Shown here one piece after another: positions 19,983 through 29,786 of a stretch of DNA of 64,000 nucleotides (positions are counted from its first letter, which is position 1; each line of letters opens with the position of its first letter). The position numbers and the translations under genes are program-made. The stretch spans positions 2,715-66,714 of the IMG/VR virus record IMGVR_UViG_3300024950_000032. One strand, given 5' to 3'. This stretch comes from a virus. The notes under the pieces were generated by a model, which saw only the letters and a program-made list of their open reading frames with translations, made no database searches and had not been told where the DNA came from.

Positions 19983-20182
19983 GGTGGCTCCTGCAGCTGC
20001 CCCAGCTTGTAGCGGACAGCCGTTGTGACCTCGGTTTCGATCTGCTTGAACAGGTCGAACGAGATCGGGATGGTCATCTTGACGACGCCTAGGTTGGGCA
20101 CGTCAACCTCGGCCGACCCCGCCCAGGTGGCGGGGTCAGGTGGCGTGGCCGTGTCGTAGACGGCGATGAATCTGAGTTTCAT
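19967..20182 (-). CDS. hypothetical protein
   Basis: Start MKLRFIAV just after rtcB stop. Confidence 0.6.
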   Translation of the reverse strand: MKLRFIAVYDTATPPDPATWAGSAEVDVPNLGVVKMTIPISFDLFKQIETEVTTAVRYKLGQLQEPPCPPT

Positions 20183-20184
20183 GG

Positions 20185-21408
20185 TCAGCCCTTCACGCAC
20201 AGCACCTGCTTCAGGGTGTGGACAATCTCGACCAGGTCGGACTGAGCTGCCATCACCGCGTCGATGTCCTTGTAGGCGGCCGGCGTCTCGTCGATCACCT
20301 CAGCGTCCTTGCGACACTCGACGCCGGCCGTAGCAAGCATGTGGTCGTCAATGGTGAACTGGCGCTTGGCCTCAGCGCGGGACATCTTGCGGCCCGCGCC
20401 GTGGGAGCAGCTGCAGAACGACTCGCGGTTGCCCTTGCCACGCACGATGAACGACTTGGCGCCCATCGACCCGGGGATGATGCCAAGCTTGCCTTCGCTG
20501 GCGTCCACCGCGCCCTTGCGGGTCAACAGCACGTCCTCACCGAAGTGGCGCTCACGCGTCACGTAGTTGTGGTGGCAGTTGATTGCGGAAGCGTCCACCG
20601 TGAAATAGGGGAGACCACACACGGCCAACGCGGCGAGCACGTCCTCCATCATGGCGCGGCGGTTGAGTGCGGCGTAGTTCTGAGCCCACTGCACGGCCTC
20701 GATGTAATCATCGAAGAGAGTGGAGCCCTCGGGGATGTAGGCCAGGTCAGCATCCGGCAGGTTGATGAACCAACGCTGCATGTCCTTCTTGGCCAGGTTG
20801 ATGAACAGCGTGCCAATGGCGTTGCCGATGCCACGCGAGCCCGAGTGCAGCATCACCCACACCCTCTGGTCCTCGTCGAGACACAGTTCGATGAAGTGGT
20901 TGCCCGTGCCGAGCGTGCCGAAGTGGCGGTCGGCACGCTCGGCAGCCTTCGACAGGGCCGGGTACTTCTGGGTGATGCGGGCGAGCCCTGGTGCGGCCAG
21001 GTCGGTGAACATGTTGATGCCGGTGGATCGAATCGAGTGGTACGCACCACGGTCGTTGTTGCCGCCGTTGTCGGTGCGGCCGTGCGGGATGCGGGCCTCG
21101 ATCTCGGTGCGCAGCGCGGCCAGGTTGTCGGGCAGCTGGGCCGCCGTCAGCGTGGTGCGCACGGCCATCATGCCGCAGCCGATGTCCACGCCCACGGCGG
21201 CGGGAATCACCGCGCCCTTGGTGGCAATCACACTGCCGACCGTAGCGCCCATGCCCCAGTGGACATCGGGCATGGCGGCCACGTGCTTGTGGATGAACGG
21301 CATGCCGGCCAGGTTCAACAATTGGTCACGGGCGGCGTCCTCGACCTGGACACCACGAGTCCACGCCTTGATCGGCAGGCGGGCGCCGTTGATAACTTCG
21401 TAGTTCAC
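20185..21408 (-). CDS. rtcB: RtcB RNA 3'-phosphate/5'-OH ligase
   Basis: MPDVH, GVDIGCG, GTLGTGNHF, HSGSRG, HHN, RKGA, PGSMG, SHGAGR, DETPAAYK. Confidence 0.97.
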   Translation of the reverse strand: MNYEVINGARLPIKAWTRGVQVEDAARDQLLNLAGMPFIHKHVAAMPDVHWGMGATVGSVIATKGAVIPAAVGVDIGCGMMAVRTTLTAAQLPDNLAALRTEIEARIPHGRTDNGGNNDRGAYHSIRSTGINMFTDLAAPGLARITQKYPALSKAAERADRHFGTLGTGNHFIELCLDEDQRVWVMLHSGSRGIGNAIGTLFINLAKKDMQRWFINLPDADLAYIPEGSTLFDDYIEAVQWAQNYAALNRRAMMEDVLAALAVCGLPYFTVDASAINCHHNYVTRERHFGEDVLLTRKGAVDASEGKLGIIPGSMGAKSFIVRGKGNRESFCSCSHGAGRKMSRAEAKRQFTIDDHMLATAGVECRKDAEVIDETPAAYKDIDAVMAAQSDLVEIVHTLKQVLCVKG

Positions 21409-21728
21409 TGCTTCTCCTTGAGGACGATGTCGAGTGCCTGACGCAACCTGCCGATGTCAGACATGTGGATGTAATTGGTGGATGCGATCCGGCTGATCTG
21501 GACCGAGAGGGCATGGGCGACGCCCTCGTCAATCGTGGCGGTGCCGATGCGCCACTCCCTGGCCTGGGGCGACGTCTTCCAGCTGTGCAGGCGATCGATG
21601 GCCAGCTTGATGACGCCGTAGATCGATCCGATTACGACGACCTTGTAGCACCAGAAACCGACAAGCACCCAGACCGCGAGGGTGGGCAAGCTGCCGATTA
21701 GGTGGGCGATTTCTTTGAGTTCATCCAT
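21405..21728 (-). CDS. membrane protein
   Basis: 107 aa with hydrophobic segment, coupled to rtcB. Confidence 0.65.
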   Translation of the reverse strand: MDELKEIAHLIGSLPTLAVWVLVGFWCYKVVVIGSIYGVIKLAIDRLHSWKTSPQAREWRIGTATIDEGVAHALSVQISRIASTNYIHMSDIGRLRQALDIVLKEKQ

Positions 21729-21866
21729 GATTGACTTTCAGTTGTATGTTGGGTTTGGATGCGATCAGCTGCCTGTCTGGCGAGCTGCATCGCATCGGGT
21801 TTGGAGGCCAGCCAGGCACTGAGCTGCTTGCTGTCGTCTTGCAGCATGCCGGGCGGCCAGCCGGTT

Positions 21867-22157
21867 CTAGGTTGACGTGGGCACCTCGACATGTTTGTTC
21901 TCCTCCGTCTTGGTCGTGACGGGTGGGATCTTCTGCAGCCAGACGGCCGGGAAGTCGGCCCAGCCCAGCTCCGCGTAGTCGCCGTTGTCGGCCAGCTGCT
22001 TCACGCCTGCACCCTCGCAGCGCCAGACACGGCCGAACCGGCTGTGCTCGCCACGCAGCGTCGTCACCTTGACCTTGAGGCCAAGGTTCGGGCTCTTGTG
22101 CTGGCCGAGGCCAGCGATGACGACGCATTCGTCGCCGCTCTTGATGGGGCTGTTCAT
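21867..22157 (-). CDS. hypothetical protein
   Basis: 96 aa, GGAG RBS, KOW/SH3-like start IKSGDECVVI. Confidence 0.65.
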   Translation of the reverse strand: MNSPIKSGDECVVIAGLGQHKSPNLGLKVKVTTLRGEHSRFGRVWRCEGAGVKQLADNGDYAELGWADFPAVWLQKIPPVTTKTEENKHVEVPTST

Positions 22158-22190
22158 CGGGCATCTCCGTTGGTCGGGTTCATGTCATTC

Positions 22191-22430
22191 CTATGTGCGA
22201 CCGGCATTGATGGGATTGGCGACAACGCGAGAAACAATGTCGAACTCGCTCGTACCGGACTTCAGGTGCTTGCCCATGTCATTGACAGACCACCCGCGTT
22301 TGCCGTCCTCCACCCACCACGGGAATTCGTTCTTGGAGCCGTCCGGATTCACGCCGCATCGGCACGCGAGGTAGACCTCCTTCCCGCCCCTTGTCAGATG
22401 CCGGCCTGGGCTGATTGCTCCGATGCTCAC
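22191..22430 (-). CDS. small phage beta-domain protein
   Basis: GTG start after AGGAGG; GRHLTRGG...FPW...W...G...FDIV pattern. Confidence 0.6.
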   Translation of the reverse strand: MSIGAISPGRHLTRGGKEVYLACRCGVNPDGSKNEFPWWVEDGKRGWSVNDMGKHLKSGTSEFDIVSRVVANPINAGRT

Positions 22431-22714
22431 GGCGATACCTCCTGTGAGCACATGGGATTAGCGAGCTTCAGCCGCTTGGCGGCCTTGCGTTGGCGCTTGG
22501 CCTCGGCCTTCTGTTGGCGCTCCTCGTCGGCATGCGTGAAGGGGCGCGGCGGCTTCCTTGGCGACAGGTCTGGCAGGGCTTCTATCGGCACGCCAGCGGC
22601 AACCATCATCCCGACAAGCCCGGCAAGCGTTCGTCGTGGGTGGTCGTCAACGATCAGCGAGCGCGCCGGTCGCTCTGCTGGCTGGTCAAGTTCGTGGGCG
22701 TTGGCGTCACGCAT
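22427..22714 (-). CDS. hypothetical protein
   Basis: Start MRDANAHE; AEAKRQRKAAKR tail. Confidence 0.55.
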   Translation of the reverse strand: MRDANAHELDQPAERPARSLIVDDHPRRTLAGLVGMMVAAGVPIEALPDLSPRKPPRPFTHADEERQQKAEAKRQRKAAKRLKLANPMCSQEVSP

Positions 22715-23879
22715 GCTCGCCTCCCGTACCTTGTACCGGCACATCGGATTCGCCCATGGCGGCCAGCGCATCGGCCGCCGCTTCTTCGGGCGTGTCACCC
22801 TGGCCGCGAGCGATTACCTTGCGGCTGCGTGCGTATTCGGCCGTGCCGGGCTCGCCCTTGGCCGGCTTGTCCGTGATCCAGGCCATCCAGCCAGTGCTGC
22901 GGGTGTAGGCCAGCTCAAAGTAGGCGTAGGAGTTGTGCTCCAGCAGCGCCGCGTGGTGGGCCATCAGCTTCGTCAGTGCCCCATCCACTACTGCGGGGGA
23001 TGGAGCTGCTTGCGCGTCGAGCCAGCAGGATGTGCAGCGGACGATGCGCTCTCCGTTGACGAACGAGATGCACAGCCCGTCACCGTGGCACCACTCGCCA
23101 TCCAGCTCCAGCGTGGAGCACACCTTGCCGCAGTTCGGGCATGTCCACTTGGCGATCCGGTGCTTGGTGCCGCGCGCCGTTTCGGCCTCGCGGACCTCCT
23201 GCATGACGCCGCAGAAGTCTTCCAACTTCGCAGCCCCAGGCGCGGGGGCTTGGGTGGCGGGCGGGTAAAGCAGTTCAATACGGTCGCCCGAAGCCTCCAC
23301 CGCCCGCCGTTCGGCTTCGGTCAGCCTGTCGTTGACGATGTAGTTGCGCCGGGGCTCTTTGGTTGCAAACACGCGATATGCAACGTGCCAATCCTCCGTC
23401 CCCTTGGGCTGCACATTGGCTTCGGCGGCTTGCTCCGCGATAAGGCGTCCGAGGGCGCCGAATGCGACGGCAGGCTGCGACCTCATCCCCATGCCGATTT
23501 GCAATCCCTGCATAAGTGCTACGAGCTGCGCTTCCGCGCTATCCCCTTCTGCTGGGGATTGAACGACTCGGGGCTGCTCCGGCTTTACCTTGAGCAGCTT
23601 CACGCATGCCATATAACCCGCACGCGCCGCATTTTTGGGGTTGCTGGGCCAGTTGTAGGTTGCAAGTACGGCGTCGATGGCGGCGCTAGCTTCCGGGCTG
23701 CCGGGGTGCGGCACGGCCAGGGGCTGCAGCTTTTTCTCAGCCTCGTACTGCGTGAGGGCGATGTCAGCACGCTCACGCACTTCGGGCGGCAGGTAGGTTG
23801 TGCCCCAGCGCACACCGGCACCGGCGTGGTGGATGCACTCACGCAGCACCTGCACCAGATCGTCCTGAAGTGTGTTCAT
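22707..23879 (-). CDS. mosaic multi-domain accessory protein with Zn-ribbon
   Basis: Start MNTLQDD after AGGAGG; CPNC/CTSC; AIDAVLATYNWPSNPKNAARAG block. Confidence 0.7.
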   Translation of the reverse strand: MNTLQDDLVQVLRECIHHAGAGVRWGTTYLPPEVRERADIALTQYEAEKKLQPLAVPHPGSPEASAAIDAVLATYNWPSNPKNAARAGYMACVKLLKVKPEQPRVVQSPAEGDSAEAQLVALMQGLQIGMGMRSQPAVAFGALGRLIAEQAAEANVQPKGTEDWHVAYRVFATKEPRRNYIVNDRLTEAERRAVEASGDRIELLYPPATQAPAPGAAKLEDFCGVMQEVREAETARGTKHRIAKWTCPNCGKVCSTLELDGEWCHGDGLCISFVNGERIVRCTSCWLDAQAAPSPAVVDGALTKLMAHHAALLEHNSYAYFELAYTRSTGWMAWITDKPAKGEPGTAEYARSRKVIARGQGDTPEEAAADALAAMGESDVPVQGTGGEHA

Positions 23880-24577
23880 CGTGTGGCCTCCTTGCTGACG
23901 CCGAAAGCCAACGCGCCCTGCAGGCTTTTGATGGCTGCGAGGTTGCTCGACTCCAGCTCGCTGCCGGGGTACTCGCCGATGTCGTCGTAATCCTGGTGCC
24001 ACTTGTGATTGGCTTGGACCGCATCGAGGGCCAGTTGCAGCAGTGAGTCGCGCTGTTCAACAGCCGCCCCCAACTTCGTCAGACCACGGTCGATGAGCTT
24101 GCGATTGATCTGGTCTGGCGTATCACGCATGAAGTCGATGGCCGGCTCCATCGCGCTGCACTGCGCCTCACCGTCATCCATGTACGGTAGTACCTCGGCA
24201 GAACGAACGCAGAGCAGGCGGCGCAGGGCCTTCTCCGTCTGGATCTGGGCTGCCCAGGGATCGGGCTCGGGCGGCAGCTTGCCGTCCACGTAGGACTTGG
24301 TGATGTCCTTGATGGGCGGGTAGTGCTGGATCATGCTCAGCACCTCTTGCGGCGTTATGCGCGAGTGCTGACCGTGATGGTTCACCCAGCGCTCGACGAA
24401 CCGCAGGTGCTGCATGGGCTCCTCGCCATCCTTCAGCACATCGACCGCACGACGCAGCATCGCGGCCTCGGCCTTGTTCTGGTCAGCTCCCAGTTGGTTC
24501 ACCACATTCGGTATCGGCTTGCTCATCTGATCGAGCGCTCGACAGGCCTGCTCAAGCAGGCGAATTGCGGGGGTCAT
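23876..24577 (-). CDS. hypothetical protein
   Basis: 233 aa, AAGGAG RBS; PYMDDGEAQCS...IDFMRD block. Confidence 0.7.
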   Translation of the reverse strand: MTPAIRLLEQACRALDQMSKPIPNVVNQLGADQNKAEAAMLRRAVDVLKDGEEPMQHLRFVERWVNHHGQHSRITPQEVLSMIQHYPPIKDITKSYVDGKLPPEPDPWAAQIQTEKALRRLLCVRSAEVLPYMDDGEAQCSAMEPAIDFMRDTPDQINRKLIDRGLTKLGAAVEQRDSLLQLALDAVQANHKWHQDYDDIGEYPGSELESSNLAAIKSLQGALAFGVSKEATR

Positions 24578-25053
24578 GCGGTCTCCTTGGAGGGTTTGGC
24601 GTGCTGTTCAAGCCACATCGATCCGATCTTGATCATCATCGTGGCCATGTTGTGGGTGGTCGGGACGGGCACAGACTGCGCCTCGGTGTGGGCACGGACC
24701 CGCAGCTCGCGGGCCATCCTGGCGGCAGCGTCACGGTCTTCACGTGGAGCGTCGGACTCCAGGACGCGAGCGATGAAACGCAGCTTGTCGATGCGCTCCA
24801 CGAGCGGCATCGGGTCCTTTGCAGGCAGATCGCAGCCGTTGTTGAACAGCTTGATAGCGAAGTCGGCGAAGGCTTGGCGAGCAATCGTATGGTCGATTTC
24901 TGCCTGGTGTTGGTGGCCCTTGAACCCCATGATTGCCGAAGTTGCTGCACGCACCGCAGCGCACTCACACCCCTCAACCAATGTGGTGAGGGCCACCGCG
25001 ATAGCGTGATCGGACATGTCGTCCATCATCTTGAAACTCATCTTCATTCCCAT
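24574..25053 (-). CDS. hypothetical protein
   Basis: 159 aa, coupled. Confidence 0.6.
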   Translation of the reverse strand: MGMKMSFKMMDDMSDHAIAVALTTLVEGCECAAVRAATSAIMGFKGHQHQAEIDHTIARQAFADFAIKLFNNGCDLPAKDPMPLVERIDKLRFIARVLESDAPREDRDAAARMARELRVRAHTEAQSVPVPTTHNMATMMIKIGSMWLEQHAKPSKETA

Positions 25054-25301
25054 ACTTTGAAAACGTCATTGCTGGCGTGTTTGAACTTGACCTCGGGTTT
25101 CATGCGTCTGTCCCTGATGTGCTGACCCCGAGCGGGGCCGCCGTTGACCTCGGCAGGCATCTTCTGACCCTTGGGCGCCGACTCCACCGTGATGTAGCTC
25201 TTGCCACAGTCGCAGCAGCGACGCCTGTAAATCTTGCCCCGGTGGGCGCGTGTCTCGGAAACAAGGCCTTTGCCGTCCTTGCCACAGTGCGAACAGATCA
25301 T
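25044..25301 (-). CDS. NrdR-like Zn-ribbon protein lacking ATP cone
   Basis: MICSHC...VSETR...YRRRCCDCGKSYITVE. Confidence 0.7.
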   Translation of the reverse strand: MICSHCGKDGKGLVSETRAHRGKIYRRRCCDCGKSYITVESAPKGQKMPAEVNGGPARGQHIRDRRMKPEVKFKHASNDVFKVWE

Positions 25302-25492
25302 CAGGGTCTACGAGGCTTCACGATGGAGAGGTACAGGCCCACCAGGCACAGGATCACGACCAGGAAGGCAAACGGGATGTCCACGGCCTTCAGGCTGTCG
25401 ACGACATAGTCGACGTTCTGCTTGGCCAGGGACTTCGGTGTTGGGCACATGGCCGGTGGCGGATGGGCCACCGGCCTGGCTTTCTGTCTCAC
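25301..25492 (-). CDS. small membrane protein
   Basis: C-terminal TM segment. Confidence 0.5.
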   Translation of the reverse strand: MRQKARPVAHPPPAMCPTPKSLAKQNVDYVVDSLKAVDIPFAFLVVILCLVGLYLSIVKPRRP

Positions 25493-25716
25493 CGAGACAC
25501 CAGGACGGAATCGATGAACGACTCCGAACCTGGTGCGCTGGCAAGCACCTCAATCTCCAAGCGTTCGATGCGAGCGGAGTACATCTCGGCCAGGGCCTTG
25601 TGGTGCTCGGCCGATGCGAGGTGCGCGGCACGCTCACGGCGGGCCTCGTACAGCTGATCAGACAGAACTTGGTGAAGAGGTACAGGCTTGAACCTGAAGA
25701 GATTGAGGTTGAACAT
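25489..25716 (-). CDS. hypothetical protein
   Basis: Start MFNLNLFRF after TAGGA; LYEARRE...Y.ARIERL. Confidence 0.6.
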   Translation of the reverse strand: MFNLNLFRFKPVPLHQVLSDQLYEARRERAAHLASAEHHKALAEMYSARIERLEIEVLASAPGSESFIDSVLVSR

Positions 25717-25905
25717 GAGAGTCCTAGGAATGTTGACGATGTTCCTGCTGGGTCCAGCCACGATCGCGGCCGGGGCAGGTGTCGAGCAGCTTGTCCTGCT
25801 CACGAACCTTGAGCAGCCTGGCGATACGCAGATAGCGCGGCTTGACCTGGCGGCGGCTACGCTCGGAGCACTTGATGTGGTTGTGGTGCGTGTGATTGGT
25901 GTAGG

Positions 25906-26529
25906 TCATGACTTGTGTGAGGCAAATTGCCGTTTGAACTGGTTGACCCTGACGAGCTGGTGCGACAGGGGAAGGACGTCATCCAACTGCTCTTGTGCAA
26001 CAAAGGCATCTCCTGTGAGTGAGGGATCAGCGAGTTCTTCAAGGGCTTGAGCCACGTCGATCCCAAGGGCGTGGCAAAGCGAGTTCAATTCAAAGTGCGG
26101 CTTCTGCGGGTTGATCCGTCGATCGACCACGATGCTGGCAAGCCAGGCTGTTGCGCTCGGCGCCAGGCTGGCCTCCACTGCAGGCTCTGGCTCAGAGGTA
26201 GGCGAGGGTGCCGGCGCCGGCGCCGGGGCTGCCACAGGGGCCGCCACGGGCTCGGGCGGGACCTCCGGTGCAACCACCGGCGCCGGAGCTGGGGCCGGGG
26301 CCGGGGCTGCTACCGGAGCCGGGGCCAGCTCCGGTAGCGGCTTCGCCATCATGGAGGCCGCCAGCTCCGCGCCGTACAGCTCGACGAAGTTCTTCACCTT
26401 CTCTGCGATGTAACGCTCCAACGCGATCGTCACCACAGCGGAATAGCTGAGCCCGGAGGTTTGGGCTACCTGTTCCAGCTTCTCAGCCAGAGGCGCAGGC
26501 AGTCGGATGTTGATTTGTTCTTTGGTCAT
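25906..26529 (-). CDS. ribbon-helix-helix (CopG/Arc-like) regulator with Pro/Ala linker and C-terminal domain
   Basis: Start MTKEQINIRLPAPLAEKLEQVAQTSGLSYSAVVTIALERYI after GGAG. Confidence 0.8.
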   Translation of the reverse strand: MTKEQINIRLPAPLAEKLEQVAQTSGLSYSAVVTIALERYIAEKVKNFVELYGAELAASMMAKPLPELAPAPVAAPAPAPAPAPVVAPEVPPEPVAAPVAAPAPAPAPSPTSEPEPAVEASLAPSATAWLASIVVDRRINPQKPHFELNSLCHALGIDVAQALEELADPSLTGDAFVAQEQLDDVLPLSHQLVRVNQFKRQFASHKS

Positions 26530-26550
26530 AGGGGCTCCGGGTAGGGCGGG

Positions 26551-26579
26551 ACTGTATTCCCACACTTCCAAAGTGTCAA
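26551..26579 (-). promoter_or_regulatory. sigma70-like promoter of RHH gene
   Basis: TTGACA-17-TACAGT followed by CCCGCCCT. Confidence 0.7.
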
Positions 26580-27685
26580 AAAATGTCGGGGCAGGCGACG
26601 TCGAGGAATTCGGCCAGACCACCCTCGTAGTCGTCAACGAACGCAAAACCATTGGCCACGGCCTCGGGGCTGAATGCCGTTCTGCGCATGTTGGCAACGG
26701 CGATGTCGAACTCGTCGCCACTGAGCTTGCGAGAGATGTGCTCCTTGATCAGGAGATCCATCAGGGCCTTGGGTTCGCCTTGAGAGGCCAGCCAGGCGGC
26801 GTCCTCGATCTCGTGATCAAGTCGGGAAACCGGGCGGGGCCAGGCATCCATCAACTGGTCGATCTCAGTGTCGTCCGGGTCACTCCAGGGGTCACGGTTG
26901 TCCCAGCCACTGAGCAGACTCAGAGTGCTCCTGGAGATCACGGGTTCAGGCTTGCGTTCGGTGGGTAGCTTGTCCCACTCGATCTTGAGGGCGACGTCCA
27001 TCAAGTTGAGCAGGTAGGTGAGGTCCTGCTTTTCCTGCTTGCCGTGCTGGGCCGTGTAGCCCACGCTGATGTTGGTGCACTCCGGGATGATGTGGGTGAA
27101 CTCGGCCGTGTCGGTGTAGACGCCGCCATCGCAGGGCATGTAGAGCAGACCCAGGTCGTTGAACGCCGTGCTCAGGGCCTCAGCGAACGCCTCCGAGGCG
27201 CACCGGCCGCCCGCCTGGTGGGTGATGACATCGGTATAGCCGGCGCGGTCAAAGGCAATGGCGCGGTCGAACTCGGCAAGCAGTTCCCTGTGCTCGTCGG
27301 CCAGGTGGTTGGCACCGATACCGCCGCATTCTTCACCTCGACTGAAGATGTAGTAACCGGGGATGCCGGCGTCCATCATGTGGCCGAGGATGGCGATGCC
27401 GGCCGCGTCGTCAGCGCCCAAGGTGTCACCGTCGCCCATCACGAAGTCACCCTCGAACTTGATGGCGTTGGCCTCGCCCTTGCCGCTCGTGATGGTGTCG
27501 GTGTGGGCGATGAAGAGCGAACGGTGGCTCGGATCGGTGCGGCGGTTGAAGTGGAGGTTGCCCGCCGCGTCGATCATCGACGCGCCGAAGCGACCCGCCA
27601 GGAAGGCCACGAACTTGGCCTCACCCATGGAGCCGTGACCACGCTTGGTGCCCAGGGCACGCATCAGAACTTCAGTATTGGTCAT
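26576..27685 (-). CDS. M28/M20-family Zn-dependent peptidase/deacylase
   Basis: Start MTNTEV; AHTDT, GADDAAG, GEECG, AFDR, YTDT, NISVGY..QH. Confidence 0.85.
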   Translation of the reverse strand: MTNTEVLMRALGTKRGHGSMGEAKFVAFLAGRFGASMIDAAGNLHFNRRTDPSHRSLFIAHTDTITSGKGEANAIKFEGDFVMGDGDTLGADDAAGIAILGHMMDAGIPGYYIFSRGEECGGIGANHLADEHRELLAEFDRAIAFDRAGYTDVITHQAGGRCASEAFAEALSTAFNDLGLLYMPCDGGVYTDTAEFTHIIPECTNISVGYTAQHGKQEKQDLTYLLNLMDVALKIEWDKLPTERKPEPVISRSTLSLLSGWDNRDPWSDPDDTEIDQLMDAWPRPVSRLDHEIEDAAWLASQGEPKALMDLLIKEHISRKLSGDEFDIAVANMRRTAFSPEAVANGFAFVDDYEGGLAEFLDVACPDIF

Positions 27686-27698
27686 GATTGATCTCCGT

Positions 27699-29729
27699 TC
27701 AGGTTTCAGCAGTTTCGGGGACGTGGTCGGGGTGAACCTGCTCACCATCGACCTCAACGCTCTCGACGCTGTTGGCATACCAGTTGCCAGACACGGTGCA
27801 CTGCCAACCGTAGTCGTTATGCACCCAGTCATCGTCCTCGTTTTTGAAGCGGTCGTCACAGTCATTCGAGTAGTAGTTGCCTGATTCGGCACACTCCCAG
27901 GCGTTGTCACTGTGGACGCGGCCCGAAGTGTCTTCGACCTCGATGCCTTCCTCCCAGCGATACCAGCACCCGCTGACCTCACAGCAGAAGGCGTCGTCCT
28001 GCTTGCAGTAGTCGCCGTCCTCCAGCTGGATGATCTCGTTCTCGCCCAGGTAGCGATCGTCGTACATGTCACCGTTGACCTCGACAGCGCGGTCCTCGTG
28101 AACCATGTACTCATCGCCGTTGGCGCCAAACACACTGACATAGCTATCGGCACAGCAGGAGCAGACACGGTGGTCGTGGCGACGACCCATGTAGCTCATG
28201 TCATCGCTGGCGTAACTGTCGCCACAGTCCTCGCACTCTGCGCGGTCCTCGCCGTCGTCCGACGTGCCATCGGTGTTGCAGCAGTGGCGCTCACCCGATG
28301 AGCAAATGCTCAGGTATTCGCGGTACACATCAACGTTGTCGTTGCTGCCGTCGAGGTAGGGATAGATCGTGTCGCCATCGGAATCCGAAACTCGTCGCAA
28401 CTGGGTGCCGCTGGGCCAGTCGTCGTAGTACGCATAGCCCTGCTTTTCCAACCAGGAACTGAGTTTCTCGTTGTTCTGGTTGCCGCTCTCACCCTTGCGA
28501 CCCAGGTAGGCACGGACGAAGCACTTGTAGTCGTTGTTCTCAAGCACGAGTGCCCGACCGATGATCACGCCGCCCTCTTTGTGGACGGCCATGGCCCAGC
28601 CATATTGGGGGTCGTAGCACTCGTAGGGGTGAGCGCCCCTGGTTTCCACTCTGTCCTCGTCCCACTGCATGCAGGACCAGGGGCCCTCCTTGACAGCGTG
28701 CAGCATCTCATCCATCGTCCTCACGACGGTCATGCAATCACTATTGGCCACCTTGTAGACGATGGCGCGGATCACATGGTCCTGCGCATGGGGCCAGTGA
28801 CGGGTGAGGTACTTGCCAGGCGTGGTGACGGTATAGAGGGCGCGCTCGCCCTTCAACTCGGTCTGGACGTAGGCCAGACGCTCACCGTCCTCGCTCACAT
28901 GCGGCCACTGCAGCGTCATCAGGTGGTAGTCGACAGGGCGACCGTAGGTCTCCCACATCAGCTTGATGGCCGGGTGCAGCTTGCGGTTCTCCTGCGCCCT
29001 GGCGTGCCAGCGGCGGCTCTTGCCAAGGACCCGAGCCAGGGTGTCGACCTCCCACTCCTCGTTGACGCGGCCTGCAAACGCAAAGTGGGCGGCGCGGTGG
29101 ATGTGGTTCTGGCAGCCGGAGTGGGTGCCTGTACTGATGAACGCATTGTTGCCGGCGATGCAACGACCAGTGAGCACTGCCGTGCCGGTCACGATCGCGT
29201 GCCCGGTAACGCGGGCGTTAGATGTCACTTGAGAGTGACCGTCAACCTGGGAGTAGCCATTGACTACAGCGTTGCCCGCTACATCGGCATCACCTGTCAC
29301 CACGGCAAACCCACTGACCTGAGCCATATGGCGTATGGCAGCGTGGCCTCCGATGTAGGCGTTCCCAAATACACGGGCCATGCCTTCGATAATCGCGCAG
29401 CCGGAGACGCGGGCGTCCTGGAGGACAGTTGCTGAACCTCTGACACGAGCGTTGCCGGTGACGAGTGCGATGCCAAATACCGTCGCGTTGCCGTACACCT
29501 GTGCGTCATCACCCACGAATGCGGCTTGATAGACGATGGCCTCGTCCGCGACGAAGCAATCACCGTCCTGGCTGAGGTTCATTTCGGCCCCGATCCAGCC
29601 GCCTGCGTGACCCGCCAGATAGCCTGTTGGCAAATCACGCAGCAACCTGATGCGGTGCACCTCGTGCATGCTCCCGTCCGGCGCAACGATCGTCTTGGAG
29701 ACGCCGGTGAACTCGTATTTCTTTGACAT
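27699..29729 (-). CDS. left-handed beta-helix (hexapeptide) domain fused to an unknown domain and Cys/His-rich acidic repeats
   Basis: Start MSKKYEF; GGWI...NLSQ, repeated VYGNA/VTGNA; SCM and PYLD motifs; CEDC, CSCC, CEVSG, CAESG, CTVSG. Confidence 0.8.
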   Translation of the reverse strand: MSKKYEFTGVSKTIVAPDGSMHEVHRIRLLRDLPTGYLAGHAGGWIGAEMNLSQDGDCFVADEAIVYQAAFVGDDAQVYGNATVFGIALVTGNARVRGSATVLQDARVSGCAIIEGMARVFGNAYIGGHAAIRHMAQVSGFAVVTGDADVAGNAVVNGYSQVDGHSQVTSNARVTGHAIVTGTAVLTGRCIAGNNAFISTGTHSGCQNHIHRAAHFAFAGRVNEEWEVDTLARVLGKSRRWHARAQENRKLHPAIKLMWETYGRPVDYHLMTLQWPHVSEDGERLAYVQTELKGERALYTVTTPGKYLTRHWPHAQDHVIRAIVYKVANSDCMTVVRTMDEMLHAVKEGPWSCMQWDEDRVETRGAHPYECYDPQYGWAMAVHKEGGVIIGRALVLENNDYKCFVRAYLGRKGESGNQNNEKLSSWLEKQGYAYYDDWPSGTQLRRVSDSDGDTIYPYLDGSNDNVDVYREYLSICSSGERHCCNTDGTSDDGEDRAECEDCGDSYASDDMSYMGRRHDHRVCSCCADSYVSVFGANGDEYMVHEDRAVEVNGDMYDDRYLGENEIIQLEDGDYCKQDDAFCCEVSGCWYRWEEGIEVEDTSGRVHSDNAWECAESGNYYSNDCDDRFKNEDDDWVHNDYGWQCTVSGNWYANSVESVEVDGEQVHPDHVPETAET

Positions 29730-29786
29730 GATGTGTTCCTTCTGTGGTGTGGGTCGGCTTGTGTGCCGACCCAAATCGCAAAAACG

